Of a DNA stretch of 64,000 nucleotides, positions 28,340 through 39,327 are shown piece after piece. This stretch comes from Eledone cirrhosa (lineage: Eukaryota), in NCBI GenBank assembly GCA_964016885.1, contig OZ024766.1, positions 5,146,001 through 5,210,000 on the forward strand, given 5' to 3'. How positions within the stretch are numbered: the first letter of the stretch is position 1; each line of letters starts with the position of its first letter. The translations under genes and the position numbers were made by a program. The notes under the pieces are model-generated. The model saw only the letters and a list, made by a program, of their open reading frames with translations. It did no database searches and was not told the origin of the DNA.

Positions 28340-28674
28340 CATCATCATCATTTTATGTCCGCTTTTCCCTGCTTGCAAGGGTGGGACGGGAACTGATTCT
28401 GGCTTGATTTCTACAGCTGGATGCCCTTCCTAACACCAACCTCATTTACAGTGAGTGCTGGGTGCTTTTTTGCCGTGGCGCCTCCACGACCACTTTACAG
28501 TGGAATGATAGGGACCCCCAGTCCCTATCATCTCATTTCTACAGCTGAGTAAACTGGAGCAATGTGAAATAAAGTGTCTTGCTCAAGGAAACAACACATC
28601 ACCCGGTCTGAGAATTGAACTCACAACCTTTCGATTGCATGGCCAATGCTCTAACCACTAAGCCATGTGCCTCC
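28338..28674 (-). mobile_element. Full-length SINE family A with a single internal unit
   Basis: Head GGAGGC through (ATG)n tail on the minus strand. Confidence 0.9.
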
Positions 28675-28683
28675 ATATATATA

Positions 28684-28719
<36 letters not shown>

Positions 28720-28763
28720 TATCTATATCCAATACATGTTTCTCTCTCTCTGTTTTTGTCTAG

Positions 28764-28978
28764 TATTTCGCTGGAAGTCATGACTTTGAACCCTGTATGT
28801 GAATCTGTGGAGACCTTGGAAGGGGTCCCCATTACTGTGACAGGTGTGGCACAGTGTAAGATTATGAAAGAGAAAGACCTGTTAAACAGGGCGTGTGAGC
28901 AGTTCCTTGGCAAATCCATCGAACACATTGAAAGGGTTGTCTTGCAGACATTGGAAGGCCATTTACGAGCTATTCTTG
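28764..28978 (+). CDS. FLOT2: Flotillin-2 exon 3 (ISLEVMTLNP...QTLEGHLRAILG), SPFH domain
   Basis: tttttgtctag| acceptor and G|gtaagg donor; 215 nt. Contains GVPITVTGVAQCKIM and LEGHLRAILG. Confidence 0.97.
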
Positions 28979-29345
28979 GTAAGGCCATCTCTCTCTCTCT
29001 CTCTCTGTCTATCTATTTATATGTCTGTCTGTCTATCTATTTATATGTCTGTCTGTCTATCTATTTATATGTCTGTCTGTCTATCTATTTATATGTCTGT
29101 CTGTCTGTCTATTTATATGTCTGTCTGTCTGTCTATTTATATGTCTGTCTGTCTGTCTATTTATATGTCTGTCTGTCTGTCTGTCTATCTCTCTATCTAT
29201 TTGTCTGTCTATCTCTCTGTCTATCTATTTATATGTCTGTCTGTCTATCTATTTATATGTCTGTCTGTCTGTCTATCTCTCTATCTATTTGTCTGTCTAT
29301 CTCTCTGTCTATCTATTTATATGTCTCTCTGTCTATCTATTTATA

Positions 29346-29376
<31 letters not shown>

Positions 29377-29377
29377 A

Positions 29378-29408
<31 letters not shown>

Positions 29409-29644
29409 ATGTCTGTCTGTCTATCTATATGTCTGTCTATTTCTTCTTAAATCTTTCATTCTTTCTTCCGATGAAGGAGTAGCGTCCGAAACATCAAGAC
29501 CCTTTTCCTACTATATCCCGTGTAAAACTAATAACATATTTCTCCATCAACCTGTCTATTTACCTGTTGATTCACCTGTTTTCTTCTCCCCACCACACTT
29601 CTACTGACCATTGCCACCATCATCTTCTTCTTCTTCTTCTTCAG

Positions 29645-29877
29645 GCACCTTGAGTGTCGAGGCTATCTATCAAGACCGAGACCAGTTTGCCCTGCTGGTG
29701 CGAGAGGTTGCCTCACCCGATGTGGGTAGGATGGGTATAGAAATCTTGAGTTTCACCATCAAAGACATTTACGATCAAGTGGAGTACCTGGCCTCTCTTG
29801 GCCGGGCTCAGACTGCCAATGTGAAGAAGGATGCTGATATTGGTGTGGCGGAGGCCGTGAGAGATGCTGGGATTAGG
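29645..29877 (+). CDS. FLOT2: Flotillin-2 exon 4 (TLSVEAIYQDRDQF...EAVRDAGIR)
   Basis: (ctt)n-tcag| acceptor and AGG|gtgagt donor; 233 nt. Contains DVGRMGIEILSFTIKD and a Tyr at position 163 (VEYL). Confidence 0.97.
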
Positions 29878-29927
29878 GTGAGTACCATAGTGCTGTTGTG
29901 TCATTTCCGTTATCATCACTGTCTCTA

Positions 29928-29967
<40 letters not shown>

Positions 29968-29969
<2 letters not shown>

Positions 29970-31240
29970 CTACCGCTTGACCGTCGTGCCTTGTCCAGCG
30001 AAAACGCTCACCAAAATGGAGCGCGCGCTCTTCCAATTCCTTTGGAAGAGGCGGGCTCCTTTGGTGAGAAGATCCATCTGCTGCCAACACCCTTCTAACG
30101 GAGGGCTGGGGATGCCGTGGCTGACGATGCGCAAACACGCGCTCAGGCTGCGGCATCTCTACGTATTCCTCACCGGACAACCGGTGTGGGCCCCGTTTGT
30201 GAGGCGAGCCTTCCCACGACTCGTCTCGCTGACCGAGCTGCAGTCGTGGGTCAAGCAGAGACCGAGGAAAATGGGCGACTGGCACATCGAATGTGCTCAG
30301 GCGCTCACAGCCCTCTGGCAGGCGGACCCGGCGATCAGTGGAGACTCCACTTCGTCATTCTATAGAGGGTTGGTCCGCAGCAAGTGCGACGACGCGCTCG
30401 GTGAAACTCTAGGCGTGGAGGAAGATGAACTGGCCAGTCTGTTCGGTAGGACCTTCCGCCCGGGACCGATGGACAACTTCCAAAAGTCCCTGGCCTGGCA
30501 GTGCTACCGAGGAGCTCTACCAGTTCGAGACAAGCTCTACAGACATGGGCGCCCGGGCAGGGACCCTGCAAAAAAGATCTGTCCGAGGTGCGTGCGAGAC
30601 GAAGAAACCGTCGCGCACGCATTCATACACTGCCCGGGCGTCACTGACCTGTGGGTCTATGTAGAACGACTATTGTCGCGGGTGGGACCAATCCAGTTGA
30701 CCACCGAGTCCATTGTCATGATCAAACCGCCACCCTCCTTCAAAAACGAAGGAGAGGCGGTTTTCCTTTGTGTGATAGCTATGGCGAAAGAGGTTGTATG
30801 GTGGACAAGGTTGAAAGGGCTGAGGTCAGACACCTTTCTCTCCGGCGAGCAACTGATTCTTTTTTTCAAATACCACTTTGGAAGAAGAATCAGGATGGAG
30901 AGAGAGGTGCTGTACCCCAGCAAGTTTTATGAAAGGTGGGTGAAAGTGGCGAGAATGGCCCCAGTGAATGGGCCTTCTCTCTATATCAGCCTGTAGGTTG
31001 AGGAAAAGGAGGAGGAGAGGAAAGGAGTACAAGCTCTTCGTACTCCTGGAGATGAGGGTTGCACATTTTTTTCGGGGGTATGTGTTACCCATATAAACTG
31101 TCTCCCTCTATTGGGGAAAATCGACTAACTTTTAAATTCCATCTGTGATAACATTTTACACGTTTTTATTGTATGTAAACTTCCCCCTTTGTATTTGTCC
31201 CCTTCTTTTGTGCCCCTGTGGCTAATAAAGAAATATATCT
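29968..31240 (+). mobile_element. 5'-truncated Tx1/L1-clade non-LTR retrotransposon: open ORF2 C-terminus (to TAG 30996) plus 3'UTR
   Basis: FQFLW...GGLGMP post-RT motif and CPRC-x8-H-x4-C (zf-RVT) motif. AATAAA at 31224; (TATC)n on both sides. Confidence 0.92.
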
Positions 31241-31251
31241 ATCTATCTATC

Positions 31252-31750
31252 TACTACCGCTTGACCGTCGTGCCTTGTCCAGCGAAAACGCTCACCAAAA
31301 TGGAGCGCGCGCTCTTCCAATTCCTTTGGAAGAGGCGGGCTCCTTTGGTGAGAAGATCCATCTGCTGCCAACACCCTTCTAACGGAGGGCTGGGGATGCC
31401 GTGGCTGACGATGCGCAAACACGCGCTCAGGCTGCGGCATCTCTACGTATTCCTCACCGGACAACCGGTGTGGGCCCCGTTCGTGAGGCGAGCCTTCCCA
31501 CGACTCGTCTCGCTGACCGAGCTGCAGTCCTGGGTCAAGCAGAGACCGAGGAAAATGGGCGACTGGCACATCGAATGTGCTCAGGCGCTCACAGCCCTCT
31601 GGCAGGCGGACCCGGCGATCAGTGGAGACTCCACTTCGTCATTCTATAGAGGGTTTTATTTTCTATAGACGTTTTTATTGTATGTAAACTTCCCCCCTTT
31701 GTATTTGTCCCCTTCTTTTGTGCCCCTGTGGCTAATAAAGAAACATATTT
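31252..31750 (+). mobile_element. Second, internally deleted tandem copy of the Tx1 fragment
   Basis: Same 5' breakpoint (tactaccgcttg). Near-identical to about 31654, then jumps to the 3' tail. Confidence 0.9.
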
Positions 31751-31754
31751 ATCT

Positions 31755-31792
31755 ATATGTCTTTGTATCTCACTGCTTTTATCTCTCTCCCT

Positions 31793-31829
<37 letters not shown>

Positions 31830-33020
31830 CCTCTCTATCTCTCTCTCACTCCACCTCTCTATCTCTCTCTCACTCTCTCACACTCTCCATCTCTCTATAT
31901 ATCTCTCTCACTCTCCACCTCTCTATATATCTCTCTAACTCTCTCTCACTCTCCATCTCTCTATATATCTCTCTCACTCTCCACCTCTCTATATATCTCT
32001 CTATCTCTCTCTCACTTTCCACCTCTATATATCTCTCACTCTCCATCTCTCTATATCTCTCACACTCTCCACCTCTCTCTCTCTCCATCTCTCTATATAT
32101 CTCTCTCACTCTCCACCTCTATATATCTCTCACACTCTCCACCTCTCTATCTCTCTCTCACACTCTCCACCTCTCTATCTCTCTCTCACACTCTCCACCT
32201 CTCTCTCTCTCCATCTCTCTATATATCTCTCTAACTCTCTCACTCTCCACCTCTATATATCTCTCTCACTCTCCACCTCTATATATCTCTCTCACTCTCC
32301 ACCTCTCTATCTCTCTCTCACACTCTCCACCTCTCTATCTCTCTCTCACACTCTCCACCTCTCTCTCTCTCCATCTCTCTAACTCTCTCACTCTCCACCT
32401 CTATATATCTCTCACACTCTCCACCTCTCTATCTCTCTCTCACACTCTCCACCTCTCTATATATCTCTCTCACACTCTCCACCTCTCTATATATCTCGCT
32501 ATCTCTCTCTCACTTTCCACCTCTCTATATATCTCTCACTCTCCATCTCTATATATCTCTCTCACTCTCCATCTCGATATATCTCTCTCACTCTCCACCT
32601 CTCTATATATCTTTCTCACTCTCCACCTCTCTATATATCTCTCTCACTCTCCACCTCTCTATATATCTCTCCACCTCTCTATATATCTCTCTATCTCTCT
32701 CTCACTTTCCATCTCTCTATATATCTCTCTCACTCTCCACCTCTCACTCTCCACCTCTCTATATATCTCTCCACCTCTCTCTCACTTTCCACCTCTCTAT
32801 ATATCTCTCACTCTCTACCTCTCTATATATCTCTCTAACTCTCTCTCACTCTCCAACTCTCTCTCACTCTCCACCTCTCTATATCTCTCTCTCTCTCACT
32901 CTCCACCTTTCTCTCTATATATATATATCTCTCTCACTCTCCACCTCTCTATATATCTCTCTCTATATATATATCTCTCTCATTCTCCACCCCTCTCTCT
33001 AACTCTCTCCCCCCTGTCTT
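31755..33020. repeat. CT-rich low-complexity tract upstream of exon 5
   Basis: ctccacctctctatatatct-like units with almost no G. Confidence 0.9.
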
Positions 33021-33026
33021 TCCCAG

Positions 33027-33361
33027 GAAGCGGAATGTGAGAAAGTAGGAATGGATTCGAAATATGCTGCTGATGCTAAAATTGCCGATGCTTCAAGATT
33101 GTTTCAAATGCAGAAAGCAGCTTTTGACATGGAGGTCAACACTAAGAAGGCTGAGGCCGAGCTGGCCTACGAACTTCAGGGGGCTAAAGAGAAACAAAAG
33201 ATCCGTACAGAAGAAATCGAGATCGACGTCGTTGAGCGTCGTAAACAGATCGACGTGGAAGAGAAGGAAGTGATCAGAAAAGAGAAGGAGCTGATGGGCA
33301 CAGTTAAGCGCCCAGCTGAAGCTCAGGCTTTCAAAGTTGAAATGTTAGCTCAAGGTCAAAG
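33027..33361 (+). CDS. FLOT2: Flotillin-2 exon 5 (EAECEKVGMDSKY...MLAQGQR), flotillin coiled coil
   Basis: tttcccag| acceptor and AG|gtgagg donor; 335 nt. Contains KAEAELAYELQ and VVERRKQI. Confidence 0.97.
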
Positions 33362-33590
33362 GTGAGGAAAAAAATTAGAAAAAAAAAAAATATATATTTT
33401 TAAATATTTTATATATTTTATAATTTTGTATATGTATGTATGTATATGTATGTATGTATGTATATGTATGTATATGTATGTGTGTATGTATGTATGTATG
33501 TATGTGTATATATATGTATGTATGTATGTGTATATATATATATGTATGTATGTATGTGTATATATATGTATGTATGTATGTGTATATATA

Positions 33591-33992
33591 TGACCCCTTA
33601 GCCTTTGTCAAGGCAGAATTCTAGGAGAAGGAAAACTCTGATATAACACCTGCAACCCTGATGGTATCCAATGATGTTGAATTGTTCTTCTTTTTGGTAA
33701 ATATCATCTTGGTTAAGAGGGTGGGACTGGCTTTGTGCAGTGCCTTTGCTCACTATAAAAGCTTCACAGCACAGGAATTGCTTTATATCTGGAGATCTCC
33801 CTGTTCTTGTCGTCATATGGTACCATGGGCCCAGCACTATGTATCAATAATTGTCACAAGTGTAGTGTTTGTACCAGAGTTTTCAAGTCGCTGGCTGGAC
33901 TAAAAAGTCACACTCGTTCAGCGCATCGGTAGGGGTTCTCCTACATGGATATAAAGTAGTGGCCGTACTCGAAAACGAGTTGGCAGCCACCA
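33591..33992 (+). mobile_element. 5'-truncated non-autonomous RTE-derived element with (TATG)n tail
   Basis: Inverted near-copy of 46032-46431; remnant C2H2-like terminal motif. Confidence 0.75.
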
Positions 33993-34582
33993 TATGTATA
34001 TATATGTATATATATGTATATATATGTATATGTATATATTTATGTATGTATATGTATATATATGTATGTATATGTATATATATGTATGTATATGTATGTA
34101 TATGTATGTATATGTATATATATATGTATGTATATGTATATATATGTATGTATATGTATATATATGTATGTATGTATATGTATGTATATGTATGTATATG
34201 TATATATATGTATGTATATGTATGTATGTATATGTATATATATGTATATATATGTATGTATATGTATGTATATGTATGTATATGTATGTATATGTATATA
34301 TATGTATGTATATGTATGTATATGTATGTATATGTATATATATATGTATGTATATGTATATATATGTATGTATATGTATATATATGTATGTATGTATATG
34401 TATGTATATGTATATATATGTATATGTATATGTATGTATATGTATGTATATATATGTATGTATATGTATGTATATGTATGTATATGTATGTATATGTATG
34501 TATATATATGTATGTATGAATATGTATGTATGAATATGTATGTATATGTATGTATGTATGTATATATGTATGTATAAGTATG

Positions 34583-34616
<34 letters not shown>

Positions 34617-34693
34617 TATAAATATATACACACATATATACACACACATATGTTTATCTATCAACCTCTCTTTCCCTCTGTCTTTCTCATCAG

Positions 34694-34877
34694 GACTCAG
34701 ACAATGATGGCTGCCGAAGCTGAGGCTGAGAGGATCAAACTGATCGGTGAAGCCGAGGCCAGTGCCATTGAGGCAGTTGGCAACTCCCAGGCCAAGGAGA
34801 TGGTGTTGAAGTCTGAGGCTTTCAAACTATATGGCAAGGCAGCCATGTTGAACCTCATGCTGGAGACATTACCAAAG
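34694..34877 (+). CDS. FLOT2: Flotillin-2 exon 6 ([22 protein letters not shown]...MLETLPK)
   Basis: ctcatcag| acceptor and AAG|gtgagt donor; 184 nt. Contains the EA repeats. Confidence 0.96.
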
Positions 34878-37800
34878 GTGAGTCTCTTGGCGGGCGGGAG
34901 GGGGATTTTGGTGGTGAGGGTGGCTGCAGGTTGAGGCGGTTGGTAAGTCCCAGGCCAAGGAGATGGTGTTGAAGTCTGAGGCTTTCAAACTATATGGCAA
35001 GGCAGCCATGTTGAACCTCATGCTGGAGACATTACCAAAGGTGAGTCTCTTGGCAGGCGGGAGGGGGATTTTGGTGGTGAGGGTGGCTGCAGGTTGAGGC
35101 GGTTGGTAAGTCCCAGGCCAAGGAGATGGTGTTGAAGTCTGAGGCTTTCAAACTATATGGCAAGGCAGCCATGTTGAACCTCATGCTGGAGACATTACCA
35201 AAGGTGAGTCTCTTGGCGGGCGGGAGGGGGATTTTGGTGGTGAGGGTGGCTGCAGGTTGAGGCGGTTGGTAACTCCCAGGCCAAGGAGATGGTGTTGAAG
35301 TCTGAGGCTTTCAAACTATATGGCAAGGCAGCCATGTTGAACCTCATGCTGGAGACATTACCAAAGGTGAGTCTCTTGGCGGGCGGGAGGGGGATTTTGG
35401 TGGTGAGGGTGGCTGCAGGTTGAGGCGGTTGGTAACTCCCAGGCCAAGGAGATGGTGTTGAAGTCTGAGGCTTTCAAACTATATGGCAAGGCAGCCATGT
35501 TGAACCTCATGCTGGAGACATTACCAAAGGTGAGTCTCTTGGCGGGCGGGAGGGGGATTTTGGTGGTGAGGGTGGCTGCAGGTTGAGGCGGTTGGTAAGT
35601 CCCAGGCCAAGGAGATGGTGTTGAAGTCTGAGGCTTTCAAACTATATGGCAAGGCAGCCATGTTGAACCTCATGCTGGAGACATTACCAAAGGTGAGTCT
35701 CTTGGCAGGCGGGAGGGGGATTTTGGTGGTGAGGGTGGCTGCAGGTTGAGGCGGTTGGTAAGTCCCAGGCCAAGGAGATGGTGTTGAAGTCTGAGGCTTT
35801 CAAACTATATGGCAAGGCAGCCATGTTGAACCTCATGCTGGAGACATTACCAAAGGTGAGTCTCTTGGCGGGCGGGAGGGGGATTTTGGTGGTGAGGGTG
35901 GCTGCAGGTTGAGGCGGTTGGTAACTCCCAGGCCAAGGAGATGGTGTTGAAGTCTGAGGCTTTCAAACTATATGGCAAGGCAGCCATGTTGAACCTCATG
36001 CTGGAGACATTACCAAAGGTGAGTCTCTTGGCGGGCGGGAGGGGGATTTTGGTGGTGAGGGTGGCTGCAGGTTGAGGCGGTTGGTAACTCCCAGGCCAAG
36101 GAGATGGTGTTGAAGTCTGAGGCTTTCAAACTATATGGCAAGGCAGCCATGTTGAACCTCATGCTGGAGACATTACCAAAGGTGAGTCTCTTGGCGGGCG
36201 GGAGGGGGATTTTGGTGGTGAGGGTGGCTGCAGGTTGAGGCGGTTGGTAACTCCCAGGCCAAGGAGATGGTGTTGAAGTCTGAGGCTTTCAAACTATATG
36301 GCAAGGCAGCCATGTTGAACCTCATGCTGGAGACATTACCAAAGGTGAGTCTCTTGGCGGGCGGGAGGGGGATTTTGGTGGTGAGGGTGGCTGCAGGTTG
36401 AGGCGGTTGGTAACTCCCAGGCCAAGGAGATGGTGTTGAAGTCTGAGGCTTTCAAACTATATGGCAAGGCAGCCATGTTGAACCTCATGCTGGAGACATT
36501 ACCAAAGGTGAGTCTCTTGGCGGGCGGGAGGGGGATTTTGGTGGTGAGGGTGGCTGCAGGTTGAGGCGGTTGGTAAGTCCCAGGCCAAGGAGATGGTGTT
36601 GAAGTCTGAGGCTTTCAAACTATATGGCAAGGCAGCCATGTTGAACCTCATGCTGGAGACATTACCAAAGGTGAGTCTCTTGGCGGGCGGGAGGGGGATT
36701 TTGGTGGTGAGGGTGGCTGCAGGTTGAGGCGGTTGGTAAGTCCCAGGCCAAGGAGATGGTGTTGAAGTCTGAGGCTTTCAAACTATATGGCAAGGCAGCC
36801 ATGTTGAACCTCATGCTGGAGACATTACCAAAGGTGAGTCTCTTGGCAGGCGGGAGGGGGATTTTGGTGGTGAGGGTGGCTGCAGGTTGAGGCGGTTGGT
36901 AAGTCCCAGGCCAAGGAGATGGTGTTGAAGTCTGAGGCTTTCAAACTATATGGCAAGGCAGCCATGTTGAACCTCATGCTGGAGACATTACCAAAGGTGA
37001 GTCTCTTGGCGGGCGGGAGGGGGATTTTGGTGGTGAGGGTGGCTGCAGGTTGAGGCGGTTGGTAAGTCCCAGGCCAAGGAGATGGTGTTGAAGTCTGAGG
37101 CTTTCAAACTATATGGCAAGGCAGCCATGTTGAACCTCATGCTGGAGACATTACCAAAGGTGAGTCTCTTGGCGGGCGGGAGGGGGATTTTGGTGGTGAG
37201 GGTGGCTGCAGGTTGAGGCGGTTGGTAACTCCCAGGCCAAGGAGATGGTGTTGAAGTCTGAGGCTTTCAAACTATATGGCAAGGCAGCCATGTTGAACCT
37301 CATGCTGGAGACATTACCAAAGGTGAGTCTCTTGGCGGGCGGGAGGGGGATTTTGGTGGTGAGGGTGGCTGCAGGTTGAGGCGGTTGGTAACTCCCAGGC
37401 CAAGGAGATGGTGTTGAAGTCTGAGGCTTTCAAACTATATGGCAAGGCAGCCATGTTGAACCTCATGCTGGAGACATTACCAAAGGTGAGTCTCTTGGCG
37501 GGCGGGAGGGGGATTTTGGTGGTGAGGGTGGCTGCAGGTTGAGGCGGTTGGTAACTCCCAGGCCAAGGAGATGGTGTTGAAGTCTGAGGCTTTCAAACTA
37601 TATGGCAAGGCAGCCATGTTGAACCTCATGCTGGAGACATTACCAAAGGTGAGTCTCTTGGCGGGCGGGAGGGGGATTTTGGTGGTGAGGGTGGCTGCAG
37701 GTTGAGGCGGTTGGTAACTCCCAGGCCAAGGAGATGGTGTTGAAGTCTGAGGCTTTCAAACTATATGGCAAGGCAGCCATGTTGAACCTCATGCTGGAGA

Positions 37801-38512
37801 CATTACCAAAGGTGAGTCTCTTGGCGGGCGGGAGGGGGATTTTGGTGGTGAGGGTGGCTGCAGGTTGAGGCGGTTGGTAACTCCCAGGCCAAGGAGATGG
37901 TGTTGAAGTCTGAGGCTTTCAAACTATATGGCAAGGCAGCCATGTTGAACCTCATGCTGGAGACATTACCAAAGGTGAGTCTCTTGGCGGGCGGGAGGGG
38001 GATTTTGGTGGTGAGGGTGGCTGCAGGTTGAGGCGGTTGGTAAGTCCCAGGCCAAGGAGATGGTGTTGAAGTCTGAGGCTTTCAAACTATATGGCAAGGC
38101 AGCCATGTTGAACCTCATGCTGGAGACATTACCAAAGGTGAGTCTCTTGGCAGGCGGGAGGGGGATTTTGGTGGTGAGGGTGGCTGCAGGTTGAGGCGGT
38201 TGGTAAGTCCCAGGCCAAGGAGATGGTGTTGAAGTCTGAGGCTTTCAAACTATATGGCAAGGCAGCCATGTTGAACCTCATGCTGGAGACATTACCAAAG
38301 GTGAGTCTCTTGGCGGGCGGGAGGGGGATTTTGGTGGCTGCAGGTTGAGGCGGTTGGTAAGTCCCAGGCCAAGGAGATGGTGTTGAAGTCTGAGGCTTTC
38401 AAACTATATGGCAAGGCAGCCATGTTGAACCTCATTCTGGAGACATTACCAAAGGTGAGTCTCTTGGCGGGCGGGAGGGGGATTTTGGTGGTGAGGGTGG
38501 CTGCAGGTTGAG
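34768..38512 (+). repeat. 163-bp tandem array: 3' part of FLOT2 exon 6 plus donor plus intron start (parent and 22 copies)
   Basis: Donor GT at 34878, 35041 and on to 38455; one 9-nt deletion before the last copy. Confidence 0.97.
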
Positions 38513-39008
38513 GATTTTGGTGGTGAGGGTGGCTGCAGGGTGGGGATTTTGGTGGTGAGGGTGGCTGCAGGGTGGGGATTTTGGTGGAGAGGGTGGCTGC
38601 AGGGTGGGGATTTTGGTGGTGAGGGTGGCTGCAGGGTGGGGATTTTGGTGGTGAGGGTGGCTGCAGGGTGGGGATTTTGGTGGTGAGTGTGAGGCAAGCT
38701 AGAGGTGAGGGTGGGGTGGGGAATTTTGGTGGTGAGGGTGGGCTGTGAGGTGGGGGTGGGGATTTTTGGTGGTGAGTGTCAGGCAAGCTAGAGGTGGGGG
38801 TGGGGTGGGGAATTTTGGTGGTGAGTGTGAGGCAAGCTAGGAGCGAGGGTGGCTTCACCTCATGCTGGAGACATTACCAAAGGTGAGCCAGGAATTGAGG
38901 GGCTGAGGTGGTGGCTGTGGGGGTGTGGGGTATGGACTTCGGGTGAGAGGCCTGTGGGGTAGGGATTTTGGGCTTGGGTGAGGGAAGCTAGAGGTGAGGG
39001 TGGCTTCA
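38480..39008 (+). repeat. G-rich about 32-bp minisatellite plus one further partial exon-6 end and donor (GT at 38883)
   Basis: ggtggggattttggtggtgagggtggctgcag units; cctcatgctggagacattaccaaaggtgag at 38858-38887. Confidence 0.85.
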
Positions 39009-39009
39009 T

Positions 39010-39111
39010 TTTAATAATAATAATAATTTCTACTTTTGGCACAAGGCCAGCAATTATACCAGTGTATTACTGGTACTTTATTTTATCGAACCCGTAAGGA
39101 TGAAAGGCAAA
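39010..39111 (-). mobile_element. 5'-truncated SINE family B
   Basis: Family B tail with (AAT)n. Confidence 0.8.
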
Positions 39112-39327
39112 AATGACAATTATTGTGTACAGTGCTCAGGTGCACTACAACTCATCAAAGGTGCATGTATAGTACATAGAATAATGTACAAATGTCAGCA
39201 AAGTGAACAGTGAATTGGTGAGCAGGGACTTGAGGGAGTTGGGTGGGCGGTGATCTATTTATTAGGTGAGGGTGGGTCGCACGTATAACTGGTATCAACA
39301 TCTTTTGTTATATCTCTCTCTCACTCC

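Noticed and set aside
28615-29607. 330-aa ORF spanning exon 3
   Set aside because: Only 28764-28978 is flotillin; the flanks are SINE and (TCTG/TCTA)n sequence that happen to lack stops.
31757-33040. 427-aa Ser/Leu-rich ORF
   Set aside because: Translation of a CT-rich low-complexity tract.
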